A stretch of DNA of 64,000 nucleotides from Candidatus Cloacimonadota bacterium (lineage in GTDB: Bacteria > Cloacimonadota > Cloacimonadia > JGIOTU-2), in the NCBI GenBank assembly GCA_049903315.1, contig JBNGBT010000006.1, positions 1 to 64,000 on the forward strand, in the 5' to 3' direction. The notes beneath the pieces were generated by a model that saw only the letters and a list, made by a program, of their open reading frames with translations, was not told the origin of the DNA and searched no databases. A program made the position numbers and the translations under genes. Positions 46,789 through 55,947 of this stretch are shown piece after piece. Position 1 is the first letter of the stretch, and each line of letters starts with the position of its first letter.

Positions 46789-48342
46789 ATGTTAGATATA
46801 CTGTTGCCAATAGTTGGTGTCGTCGTAGGGGTGTTTGTTGGCTGGTTATCGTTCAGATTACTTACAAGCAAAAAGATCAAACAAGCACATTTAGAATCTA
46901 AAAAGATCAAAGAAGAAGCAAAACTTGAAGCCAAAGTAATCAAAAAAGAAGCTGAAATTGAAGCAAAAGAGGATTGGTACAAAAGAAAAGCCAATTTAGA
47001 AAAGGAGATAGAGGAGAGGAAGAAAGAACTTCGGAAAATTGAGGGTAATTACAATCAGAGAATTAGCAATATTGATGATCGATTGAGCAAACTCGACAGA
47101 AGAGAGCAGTCCATTTCAGATAGGGAGCGGCATCTACAAAATAAACAAACAAAACTGGATGATGATGAAGCAAAATTAAAAGATATACTCGAAAAAGAAA
47201 CAAGAAAACTGATGGAGATTGCTAATCTTAATAAAGAACAGGCAATCGAAATGCTTCTTAAAAATTATGAAAATGAAGCACGTATCGATGCAGCAAAACT
47301 CAGAAAATCAATAATTGACAAAGCCAACTCTGAAGCTGAAGCGGATTCTATAAAGATTGTTGCAAATGCGGTGCAAAGGACTGCAGTCGATTATGTAACT
47401 GAGTCAACCGTTTCTGTTGTTGATCTTCCATCCGAAGAAATGAAGGGCAGGATCATCGGGAGAGAGGGACGCAATATTCGGACATTTGAAAACAACTCGG
47501 GAGTAGAGATCATAGTTGATGATACACCGGAAGCAGTCATTATTTCCAGCTTTGATCCAGTAAGAAGAGAAATAGCAAAACGCTCTCTTGAAAAACTTAT
47601 TTCTGATGGAAGAATTCATCCGGGTAGGATCGAAGATGTGCTCGCCAAAACAGAGAAAGAAGTGAATAAGATAATTGAAGAGACCGGAAGGAAAACACTC
47701 CTTGACCTAGCGATCCATGATCTGCCGGATAATCTTAAAAATATTATCGGACGATTGAAATACAGGACAAGTTATGGGCAAAATATGCTCAAACACAGCA
47801 TTGAAAGTGCATGGATATGCGGTATGCTTGCAGCGGAGTTGGGTTTGGATCAACCTCTTGCCAGAAAAATGGGACTTCTGCATGATATTGGTAAAGCAGT
47901 TGACCATGAAATCGATGGCTCTCATGCGGTGATCGGGGCTGACATTGCAAGAAGAAATGGAATGCCGCCTATAATAGTAAATGCAATAGAGGCGCATCAC
48001 GAAGAAGTTGAATTTGAATCAGTTTATGCAGTTCTTGTTCAAGTTGCTGATGCAATCTCAGGCGCAAGACCCGGCGCAAGAAGGGAAACACTTGAATCAT
48101 ATCTCAAGCGATTAGAAAAATTGGAAGAGATTGCCTATTCCTTTGAGGGTGTTCATAAATGTTTCGCAATTCAAGCTGGAAGGGAAATCCGCATCATGGT
48201 CGAGCATAATACCATTGATGACGCACAAGCAGAATTGCTTGCATCTGATGTGGCAAAGAAGATAGAGAATGAAATGCAGTACCCCGGACAGATAAAAGTT
48301 ACTGTCATCCGAGAGGTGCGTAAAACCGTACTCGCAAAATAA
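46789..48342 (+). CDS. rny: Ribonuclease Y
   Basis: N-terminal TM helix and coiled coil; KH domain MKGRIIGREGRNIR; HD domain LLHDIGKA; ADAISGARPGARRE. Confidence 0.97.
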   Translation: MLDILLPIVGVVVGVFVGWLSFRLLTSKKIKQAHLESKKIKEEAKLEAKVIKKEAEIEAKEDWYKRKANLEKEIEERKKELRKIEGNYNQRISNIDDRLSKLDRREQSISDRERHLQNKQTKLDDDEAKLKDILEKETRKLMEIANLNKEQAIEMLLKNYENEARIDAAKLRKSIIDKANSEAEADSIKIVANAVQRTAVDYVTESTVSVVDLPSEEMKGRIIGREGRNIRTFENNSGVEIIVDDTPEAVIISSFDPVRREIAKRSLEKLISDGRIHPGRIEDVLAKTEKEVNKIIEETGRKTLLDLAIHDLPDNLKNIIGRLKYRTSYGQNMLKHSIESAWICGMLAAELGLDQPLARKMGLLHDIGKAVDHEIDGSHAVIGADIARRNGMPPIIVNAIEAHHEEVEFESVYAVLVQVADAISGARPGARRETLESYLKRLEKLEEIAYSFEGVHKCFAIQAGREIRIMVEHNTIDDAQAELLASDVAKKIENEMQYPGQIKVTVIREVRKTVLAK

Positions 48343-49127
48343 TGATAAGAATATTATACATCGGTGATATCTTTGGAAAACCAGGAAGGAGAACTGTTAA
48401 AGAGCTACTTCCTGGTTTGAAAGAAGAATTTTCAATTGATTTGACGATTGCAAACGGAGAAAATCTTGCAGGTGGACTTGGAATGACTCCTGATACGGCA
48501 AATGATATGTTCGAAGCCGGAGTTGACGTCCTTACTTCAGGGAATCATTTGTGGGATAAGAAAGAAATAATTTCACATCTCGCAAAAGAAGAACGTATAT
48601 TGAAGCCGATAAATTATCCGCCTGAAGTGCCGGGTAACGATATTTATGAAATCGAAATTCACGGAAGGAAAATTGTCGTGCTATGTTTGATGGGAAGGGT
48701 TTTTACTGTAACTGTGGACTGTCCTTTCCGAATAATGGATACGTATCTTGAAAAACTCATACCTGAGCATCCCATCATTGTAGTTGACTTTCATGCTGAG
48801 GCTACAGCAGAAAAACAGGCAATGGCTTGGCACCTTGACGGCAGAGTCGCAGCATTGATCGGCTCCCATACTCATGTCCAGACTGCAGACGAGAGAATCC
48901 TTCCACAGGGAACAGCATATATTACTGATGCAGGGATGACTGGACCACATGATTCTGTAATAGGACTTCGAAAAGAAGATGGGATTGAAAGATTTCTGAC
49001 GCAAATTCCCAACAGGTTCAATCCGGCAAAAGAAAATTTGATGCTTAATGGAGTGTTAATTTCGGTTGACGAAAAAGGGGCCGCTTCGGATATTCAACGA
49101 ATACGGAAAAGTTATGTAGTTGAATAA
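48342..49127 (+). CDS. ymdB: YmdB/TIGR00282 family metallophosphoesterase
   Basis: GDIFGKPG, NGENLAGG, TSGNH, DFHAEATAEK, GSHTHVQTAD and TDAGMTG. Confidence 0.93.
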   Translation: MIRILYIGDIFGKPGRRTVKELLPGLKEEFSIDLTIANGENLAGGLGMTPDTANDMFEAGVDVLTSGNHLWDKKEIISHLAKEERILKPINYPPEVPGNDIYEIEIHGRKIVVLCLMGRVFTVTVDCPFRIMDTYLEKLIPEHPIIVVDFHAEATAEKQAMAWHLDGRVAALIGSHTHVQTADERILPQGTAYITDAGMTGPHDSVIGLRKEDGIERFLTQIPNRFNPAKENLMLNGVLISVDEKGAASDIQRIRKSYVVE

Positions 49128-49136
49128 GAAAGAGAT

Positions 49137-50003
49137 ATGGAAAAACTATTAGACGGGAAACCGGTTGCAAAAGCTATTTATCAAAAGCTTACGGAAGAAG
49201 TAGCTGTACTCTACGATAAGGGGATAATCCCACGACTCTGCGTATTCAAGGTAGGAAACGATCCAGCATCAGAATATTATACTCAGAATATTCAGAAAAA
49301 AGCTCAGAAAATTGGAGTGCTCGCTGATGTCATAAGCTATGAAGATCTTGCATCTCAAGAAGAACTTATAGATGGAATACAGAAAGCAAATAAAGATCCA
49401 AAGATACACGGCATCATGCTGCAACTGCCATTACCAGTGCAATTTGACCAAAACAAGATAGTCCTTGATATAGCTCCCAACAAGGATATCGATGGTCTCC
49501 ATCCAATCAATGCAGGTAAACTGATCAAAGGACAGAATTGCTTTGTGCCCTGCACTCCATCTGCCGTGATGGAGTTACTTCATTTTTATAAAATTCCTAC
49601 AGAAGGAGCACGGGTCGTCATCATCGGAAGAAGTCCAATTGTCGGACTTCCCTTATTTAATCTTCTCGTGCAGAAAAAAGACGGCGCAAATGCTACTGTA
49701 ACCATATGCCACTCTCGATCTAAAAATCTTCAGGAAATTTCCAAAGATGCTGATATCCTTATCGTCGCAATTGGAAAATCAAGATTTATAGATCACACAT
49801 ATATTTCTCGTAAATCAATCGTGATTGATGTCGGTATTAATGAGATCTATAATACTGATACAAAAACGAATAACTACGTTGGCGATGTGTTTTATCAAGA
49901 CGTATTTTCGACTGTTCAAGCGATCACTCCTGTACCCGGAGGCATCGGTACGATCACGACAGCTTCTCTGCTGAAGAATGTCGTTGAAGCGAGTAAGTTT
50001 TGA
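49137..50003 (+). CDS. folD: Bifunctional methylene-THF dehydrogenase/cyclohydrolase
   Basis: LQLPLP, KDIDGLHP, PCTP, GRSPIVG, TVTICHS, IDVGIN and TPVPGGIG. Confidence 0.96.
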   Translation: MEKLLDGKPVAKAIYQKLTEEVAVLYDKGIIPRLCVFKVGNDPASEYYTQNIQKKAQKIGVLADVISYEDLASQEELIDGIQKANKDPKIHGIMLQLPLPVQFDQNKIVLDIAPNKDIDGLHPINAGKLIKGQNCFVPCTPSAVMELLHFYKIPTEGARVVIIGRSPIVGLPLFNLLVQKKDGANATVTICHSRSKNLQEISKDADILIVAIGKSRFIDHTYISRKSIVIDVGINEIYNTDTKTNNYVGDVFYQDVFSTVQAITPVPGGIGTITTASLLKNVVEASKF

Positions 50004-50105
50004 CAAGGAAAAATACGAATATGAAAAATATTTCAAAAACGCAATTTTTTATTGACTTATAAATATTAACTAAAGAATCTTTGTTCAAAGACGGGAGGTT
50101 TATAG

Positions 50106-52583
50106 ATGTTAAAGAATAGGTCTCTTTTAATTTTGGTAATTTTATTTTTAGTTGCAGTCTTAACTGTTCTAAGCTGCGGACGTAAAGGCACATTAAATCC
50201 TAATGTAGCTCCTTATATTGAAATCTCGGATTATAGTGGTATTGCTCGCCCTGATACTGTTCTCACTGATTCTGCTATGTCACACGTGATCGGCAATCTT
50301 ATTGATCCTGCTATTTACGATTCGATTTTTTATCAAGAAATATTTTGGAGAGCGTGGGATGTTGATGGTGTCGTGAAATCGTTCGCCTATAGAATAGGAA
50401 CCTGGGATAGTCTAAGTGAAGACTGGCAATATGATCAAACCTATGGAGTGAATGTAAGCGAAGATGGATGGGTACTGCACCTTCAGCCAAATGGCGAGTA
50501 TGGTATATGGACACCACTTAAAGAACGATTCCCCAAAACTCAAGTGTATTTTACCGCAAAGGATACAGCTGATTATAAGAAAAATTTTGGCAAATTTGAA
50601 GTAAAATGCAAGGATAATTACGGTGAAGAATCAGAAGCAGCTGTGCGTTATTTCTGCAGTTGGTCAGATGTTCCAAGTACAAGTGTCCAAACTTCACAGG
50701 GCAGTATTGATTCATTAAGAGTTGGCTCAGCAATACTTTTTAACTTCACAGTTCTTCATGATGATGATCCATTCGGTTATGGCTCTGAAGCTGCATATTA
50801 CAAATATCGTTTGATGTATTACCACAGTACAGGAACAGACACGGTAGAAATTAGTGGCGTTGGAGAAGTTCTGGACAGTACGCAATGGTATTCCACAGAA
50901 GGATATCCGATTAAGGACGAAGTCCTCCTTAAGGCTCAATACCACGATGGCAATCCATATGGAAAACCGGAATTGAAAGTGAATGAGAAATTTGCTGATG
51001 GCACTTTTGAGATGACAGAAATTCAAGTTAAAACAGTAGATAAAGCAGGTATTGTTGACCCGGATTACGCTAGTATGATTTTCTTTGTCCGTGGGTATTT
51101 CCATCCAGATACAGCACCATTTATGGCGCAGTGGGCAACGTATCTTCCGGATTTTTTGAAGAATAGTTCACTCAATATTTTACCTCATATTTTTGTGATC
51201 AGCGATTATACATGGTTGAATTATCTCTGCGAAAATGAAGATATTCCAAAACGGGTTATCGGAAATGAAAATCATTATGCCAACCAGTTTTATATGGCGA
51301 AGGATACTACTTTGACAGCCATTTGGTCCAGCAATATAGAAATTTACATGAACTGGGAATATCTTGGACAATTTGAATACGATGTTACACGCGGAAGAGT
51401 CGCAGCAAATCATACATACTTTTATGATGCGAACCTTGATGAATATATTCAGTATTTCTGTGATGTTGAGTATATGGACATTAGGCTGGATGGTGGCACT
51501 GATGGCTTACCGCCAGTCGGAACAGTTATCACGGATAATGTCACAGGAGAAGAATGGATGCGTTTACCGATCTATGAAGATCAAACCTGTAAGTTATTTA
51601 ATCTCTCTACCGGTGAGCATACATTCGAAGTGCGTTCCGTCGACTTTCAGGGAGCTGCTGATCCAACACCGGCAAGCATCACGTTCTATCTGCATGCACC
51701 AATACTTGGAGCTCAAAAAGAAGGCTTGTTAATAGTTGATGATACTCAAAATCAAATTATCTTTGCAGTAGAAGATTCCGTGAATAAATTCTATCAAGAT
51801 CTTACAGCACATTGTACGGAAAGCATAGAATGGTTTGACCTGCGCGATGCAAACCTTACATACATATATAACAAGAACAAGCAGCTCAGAAATGATGACA
51901 TGGCTCCAAACTTTGCACCTTCAGATATCCAGCAGTATAAAATGATACTATGGTATGCGAATGATCCTAAGGGTTTCTACAGCGATGTGACAAAAGTTCA
52001 CCTGGTACAACACTACGATCTGATGCGTTATTATATGATCTCTGGTGGTTCAACTCTCTTTACTGGAACAGCTAAGGTTTCCGATCCTCTTACACCTGCA
52101 ACAAGGAATTTCCTTCAGTTGTATGGAGGGCTTGCAGATACCCTATCTGCTTTAAGTCAAGAGCTTGATACGAATAGCTGGCTTTGGGGAACTCCCAATA
52201 CTACAAACTCAATGTTTGTTGCTGCAAATGGGCAAAACGGATTTGCGAGTATCGATACATTACATCTTAATTGGGACCTTTACAAGTTCCCAACTGGTGC
52301 AAGTTTCCCGGGATACTGGATTATGCCCACAAATCCCCTTGGTAAGATCAGTAATGTCACATTCCTCAATGTTGGTAATGCAGAACCAATATTTTCTTGC
52401 GTGACAGATACATTGGCGATCCATCAGCAATTTGGAGGTGCGACAATGGGGACGAAATACACTCACCAATCAGCACAGAAACCAGTGTACTTACTCGGAT
52501 TTCCTCTGTACTACATGATGCCGGATGACTCAAAAGACTTTATTGATATCATCTTTGACGAAGTGGGTGTAGCTCATAATTAA
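50106..52583 (+). CDS. Large uncharacterised lipoprotein (825 aa)
   Basis: GGAGG SD; lipobox VLSC; repeated beta-rich modules ending FEVKCKDN, IQVKTVDKAG and FEVRSVDFQG; C-terminal alpha/beta-like domain starting GLLIVDDT. Confidence 0.75.
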   Translation: MLKNRSLLILVILFLVAVLTVLSCGRKGTLNPNVAPYIEISDYSGIARPDTVLTDSAMSHVIGNLIDPAIYDSIFYQEIFWRAWDVDGVVKSFAYRIGTWDSLSEDWQYDQTYGVNVSEDGWVLHLQPNGEYGIWTPLKERFPKTQVYFTAKDTADYKKNFGKFEVKCKDNYGEESEAAVRYFCSWSDVPSTSVQTSQGSIDSLRVGSAILFNFTVLHDDDPFGYGSEAAYYKYRLMYYHSTGTDTVEISGVGEVLDSTQWYSTEGYPIKDEVLLKAQYHDGNPYGKPELKVNEKFADGTFEMTEIQVKTVDKAGIVDPDYASMIFFVRGYFHPDTAPFMAQWATYLPDFLKNSSLNILPHIFVISDYTWLNYLCENEDIPKRVIGNENHYANQFYMAKDTTLTAIWSSNIEIYMNWEYLGQFEYDVTRGRVAANHTYFYDANLDEYIQYFCDVEYMDIRLDGGTDGLPPVGTVITDNVTGEEWMRLPIYEDQTCKLFNLSTGEHTFEVRSVDFQGAADPTPASITFYLHAPILGAQKEGLLIVDDTQNQIIFAVEDSVNKFYQDLTAHCTESIEWFDLRDANLTYIYNKNKQLRNDDMAPNFAPSDIQQYKMILWYANDPKGFYSDVTKVHLVQHYDLMRYYMISGGSTLFTGTAKVSDPLTPATRNFLQLYGGLADTLSALSQELDTNSWLWGTPNTTNSMFVAANGQNGFASIDTLHLNWDLYKFPTGASFPGYWIMPTNPLGKISNVTFLNVGNAEPIFSCVTDTLAIHQQFGGATMGTKYTHQSAQKPVYLLGFPLYYMMPDDSKDFIDIIFDEVGVAHN

Positions 52584-52603
52584 TTAGATAAACTATAGTA
52601 AAT

Positions 52604-52641
52604 AAAAAGGCGAAATCAATTACGATTTCGCCTTCTTTTTT
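52604..52641. terminator. Bidirectional intrinsic terminator
   Basis: AAGGCGAAATC-aattac-GATTTCGCCTT flanked by A and T tracts, between convergent genes. Confidence 0.8.
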
Positions 52642-52653
52642 ATATGAAAAGAA

Positions 52654-53682
52654 TTATGATAAGTACTTATTAGCAAAGAACTTAAAGAAATCTTTCTGGA
52701 TTGTTGTCTTCACAGTGCGAAGTGCACGATTCTTTGCCTCTGTTAAATTTAGATGACCTTCACGATCACTTTTTGTATATAATACAGCTTCAGCATTGCT
52801 AAGCTTATCAATAATAGTTATAGAAAGTTCCCATCGGACAAACTCTTCATCCCTTTCGAGATCAATCTGGGATATCGATAATGAACTCTCGATGCGAAAA
52901 TCAATATAATCCGCATCTGCTGCGCTGGCATATACCATGAAACCGAAGTTATTGAAAACTTCTTTGAGATAATCTTCAAGATAATCATAATACTCACCCG
53001 AACCTATCACAAAAACATGAATTGTTTTTGCAAAAGTGTTTCTTTCTGCCACAAGTTTCTCAAGAGGGTGTTTTAACTCTAAACCAGCATGTGAAGGAGA
53101 TATAATTCGAAGCTGCGCGTTTAAAATCTCATTCTGTTCAGCAAGATCAATTGCATCGCTGAGATATTTAAGTTTATCCAGTTTGGACGTGCCGCCCTCG
53201 TATTGGGAGTAGTATTGATCAATTTTCTGAGTGTTTTGCATGATTTCACTGTGATATATATCTTCGGTTTCACTCCTTTTGAGATAGGCAATAACATAAT
53301 ATTCACCACTGTTTGGATCAAAATAAGAATCACCGATCTTCACATTTTTCAGTGTCTGTTCACTCTGGATTTGAGTAAGATTTCTCATTTTTTCTTCTGC
53401 AGTCAGCGATGTTTTATCTCCCACAGTCGTTTCTTCAAACTTTTGCGTGAGTGTTTCATCCGATTTGATATCTGCCTGAAATATTTTTGAAAGATTTGAA
53501 TACGCATCTTTTTCTGCAGATTTCTTTGTATCACCCGAGCCAACAGCAGAGAGGTAATATGCATCTTTAAATTTTGACTGCGGATTCATGATCCATTCTG
53601 GAGTCTTGTTCTTTTTCGCAGTGACCATCGAAGGGGCACAGGACATAAAAATCACGACGAATAATATAATAAATTTTTTCAT
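52654..53682 (-). CDS. LPP20-family lipoprotein
   Basis: Lipobox FMSC; PEWI...YLSAVGSG...AEKDAYSNLSKIF, an LPP20-like domain. Confidence 0.72.
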   Translation of the reverse strand: MKKFIILFVVIFMSCAPSMVTAKKNKTPEWIMNPQSKFKDAYYLSAVGSGDTKKSAEKDAYSNLSKIFQADIKSDETLTQKFEETTVGDKTSLTAEEKMRNLTQIQSEQTLKNVKIGDSYFDPNSGEYYVIAYLKRSETEDIYHSEIMQNTQKIDQYYSQYEGGTSKLDKLKYLSDAIDLAEQNEILNAQLRIISPSHAGLELKHPLEKLVAERNTFAKTIHVFVIGSGEYYDYLEDYLKEVFNNFGFMVYASAADADYIDFRIESSLSISQIDLERDEEFVRWELSITIIDKLSNAEAVLYTKSDREGHLNLTEAKNRALRTVKTTIQKDFFKFFANKYLS

Positions 53683-53690
53683 GGTTGTTC

Positions 53691-55217
53691 CTAATCTAAA
53701 TAATATGATTCGATTAAATTAAGTCCGTCTTTACTGACCTCTTTTTGTTCTATAAAATCAGAAAAGACAAGCTTATTCTTTGTGTCAAAGTAATTGATTC
53801 TGATACTATGAGTTCCCGGATCTATGGGTACATTACCGATATATGCCATTGACGGAAAGAAGCGGGATATACGAAGATCAGCATTCTCAGTCGCATCAAC
53901 CGCAACATCGGTAGCGATCATTGCGAGTTTCCCAAAAAGATTATCGCCTACTTGATTGACCATTTCCTGTTTTCCCTTTTCTGCAAGCAATCCTTTTACA
54001 ACTGTTCTTGTTATCGTCTTAAGATAGATAAGAGGTTCCTTGATCTTATACGTGACAAATGCAGCATTCTCTAGACTTTCCAGCGGGTACAATTCATACA
54101 TCTGCTTATCATCCACCATGACTTCAATTCGGCTGATATCAGTACCGAGTTTTTCCATATAGGGAAGGGGGAATTTAAAATGATATCCCGCTTCCATGCC
54201 TTCCCATTCAATGATATCAAGTGTGGCAAGCTCCTGTTTAGGTTCTTCCTGAACTGTTGCTTTTTTTGTTGTTCCTGAGGATGTTGAGCTGGCTTGTTCT
54301 CTTGGTTTTGTTGTACCGGAAGTTGATGAACCCGCTTCTTTCTTTTTAGGCTCTATCTTTTTAACGTCACCGGGAACTTCCTCGGAAGTTGCTATTATAA
54401 GCATATCCTTCTCGGTGTGTATCCAGAGAGTGTTTGCTTTTTTTTCAGGTGAATTTCCAACAAATGTCAGAAAATAGAGCTGTGCTTTATCAGTGCGGTC
54501 GAGATAGTTCTCGAGCTTTGGTTGTGAAAAATCATAGACTATCGGTTGCAGTTCAAAAGCTTCTTGAATTTCTGCCATGTCAATTCTCGCATCATCGATC
54601 TTATCATCAGCCTTGTACATGAGCATGCTGAGGTAACGGGCAAGTGCAGAATTTTGGAATTTATTATCACCTATCTTAAATTCTTTTTTCTTATCCTTCG
54701 ATTCGTTATATTTCTTGGCTAACTCCGCATACTTATCATCGAGAATGTTGAGTTTGTTATTCACCCTTCTTATCTCCACAAAAGCATCATCGAATTTGTT
54801 CAAGTGCAGGTAATTAAGCGCTTTGAAAACATTTAAATAGATATCTTCATAGTCTTCACCGAAATAATCAAGGGCATTATCATTTAACAGCATGGAAGCT
54901 GCAGCTTTACCGACGCTTTTTGTGTAAAGATCTTCGATGGCATATTCGGCTTCAGTCAGGTATTCATTGCTCTTTTCATAATTACCATCGTAATGATAAA
55001 GCATTCCCATATCGAGGTAGAACAGAACTTTTTCCTTTTCCTTATAAAATTTATCTTTAGATTCCTCGATCTGTTCAAGGCACGCATCGTAATCCTGTTG
55101 TTTAAGTTTTTCTGCAACTCCGACATACTGTCCTTTTGATGTTCGCATGCTCGAGCAGCCCATAAAAGTTACGATAAGAAGCGATGCTATGATGATTGAC
55201 ACTAATATTTTTTTCAT
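53691..55217 (-). CDS. COG3014-family TPR-like lipoprotein
   Basis: Lipobox FMGC; LFYLDMGML...SNEYLTEAE, LLNDNALDYFGEDYE, DAFVEIRR and TENADLR. Start MKKIL at 55217. Confidence 0.75.
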   Translation of the reverse strand: MKKILVSIIIASLLIVTFMGCSSMRTSKGQYVGVAEKLKQQDYDACLEQIEESKDKFYKEKEKVLFYLDMGMLYHYDGNYEKSNEYLTEAEYAIEDLYTKSVGKAAASMLLNDNALDYFGEDYEDIYLNVFKALNYLHLNKFDDAFVEIRRVNNKLNILDDKYAELAKKYNESKDKKKEFKIGDNKFQNSALARYLSMLMYKADDKIDDARIDMAEIQEAFELQPIVYDFSQPKLENYLDRTDKAQLYFLTFVGNSPEKKANTLWIHTEKDMLIIATSEEVPGDVKKIEPKKKEAGSSTSGTTKPREQASSTSSGTTKKATVQEEPKQELATLDIIEWEGMEAGYHFKFPLPYMEKLGTDISRIEVMVDDKQMYELYPLESLENAAFVTYKIKEPLIYLKTITRTVVKGLLAEKGKQEMVNQVGDNLFGKLAMIATDVAVDATENADLRISRFFPSMAYIGNVPIDPGTHSIRINYFDTKNKLVFSDFIEQKEVSKDGLNLIESYYLD

Positions 55218-55222
55218 TGTTA

Positions 55223-55825
55223 CTACCATTTAAGTTTTGATTGCTCGATCATCTTCTTAATTTTCTTTGATCCCATCCATACGATCTCGTTCGATTCAAG
55301 ATTTACAAGATTCATGTCTGCCTGGTAATACACTACTTTTTTCCCGTCAACAGCATCTTCGATAGAAGAGAGGGTTCCTTGCAACATAAAGTCAGCACCG
55401 AGTTCCTGTGCTAATCTCTTTGCGGTTTCTTCTGATGCCTGGCTTTGCTGGTCAAGACGTTCATCGCGGATTTCGTCTCTCTGCTTTTTGGCAGCGACAA
55501 AGCGGACTTTGCCGGAATTCACAAGTTCTCTTTCAATATCTGTGGAAAAGGTTTCAGTATTGATATGCTCACTTGTTTTATTTCCAATTGTTCCGACTAT
55601 GACGATGGGTTTTTCGTCATATTCATTCATCCAGTTATACAGCCAGTTCGCATCCAGCACGTCTTCGACGATATTTTCTGAGACTTGACGCGCATCTGTA
55701 TCATTCCACCTGCCGCTTAGATCAGTTATCGTATCACTGGCAACGCGTGACACCTGTTTGGTGGGACCTCCACATGAAATGATAAGCGCAATTACTGCGA
55801 AAAATAACACACTCTTTCTTAACAT
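55223..55825 (-). CDS. Penicillin-binding protein activator LpoB-like lipoprotein
   Basis: Lipobox IISC; DLSGRWNDTD, NKTSEHI, SGKVRFV, GADFML and YYQ...LVNLESNEIVW. Confidence 0.8.
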   Translation of the reverse strand: MLRKSVLFFAVIALIISCGGPTKQVSRVASDTITDLSGRWNDTDARQVSENIVEDVLDANWLYNWMNEYDEKPIVIVGTIGNKTSEHINTETFSTDIERELVNSGKVRFVAAKKQRDEIRDERLDQQSQASEETAKRLAQELGADFMLQGTLSSIEDAVDGKKVVYYQADMNLVNLESNEIVWMGSKKIKKMIEQSKLKW

Positions 55826-55892
55826 TGTATCCTCCTGATAATTATTTTAATAATTCATTTTAATTTGGTAAAATTTTTGTCAAATAAAGAAT

Positions 55893-55923
55893 AAAAAAGC
55901 CTGCTCAAATCTGAACAGGCTTT
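55893..55923 (-). terminator. Intrinsic terminator (repeated cassette, copy 1)
   Basis: Minus strand GCCTGTTC-agattt-GAGCAGGC-TTTTTT. Confidence 0.8.
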
Positions 55924-55947
55924 AATATCTGTGCGGAATTTCGGTTT

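Noticed and set aside
46629..46901. 90-aa ORF between zapA and rny
   Set aside because: It overlaps the 6S RNA and the rny start in another frame.
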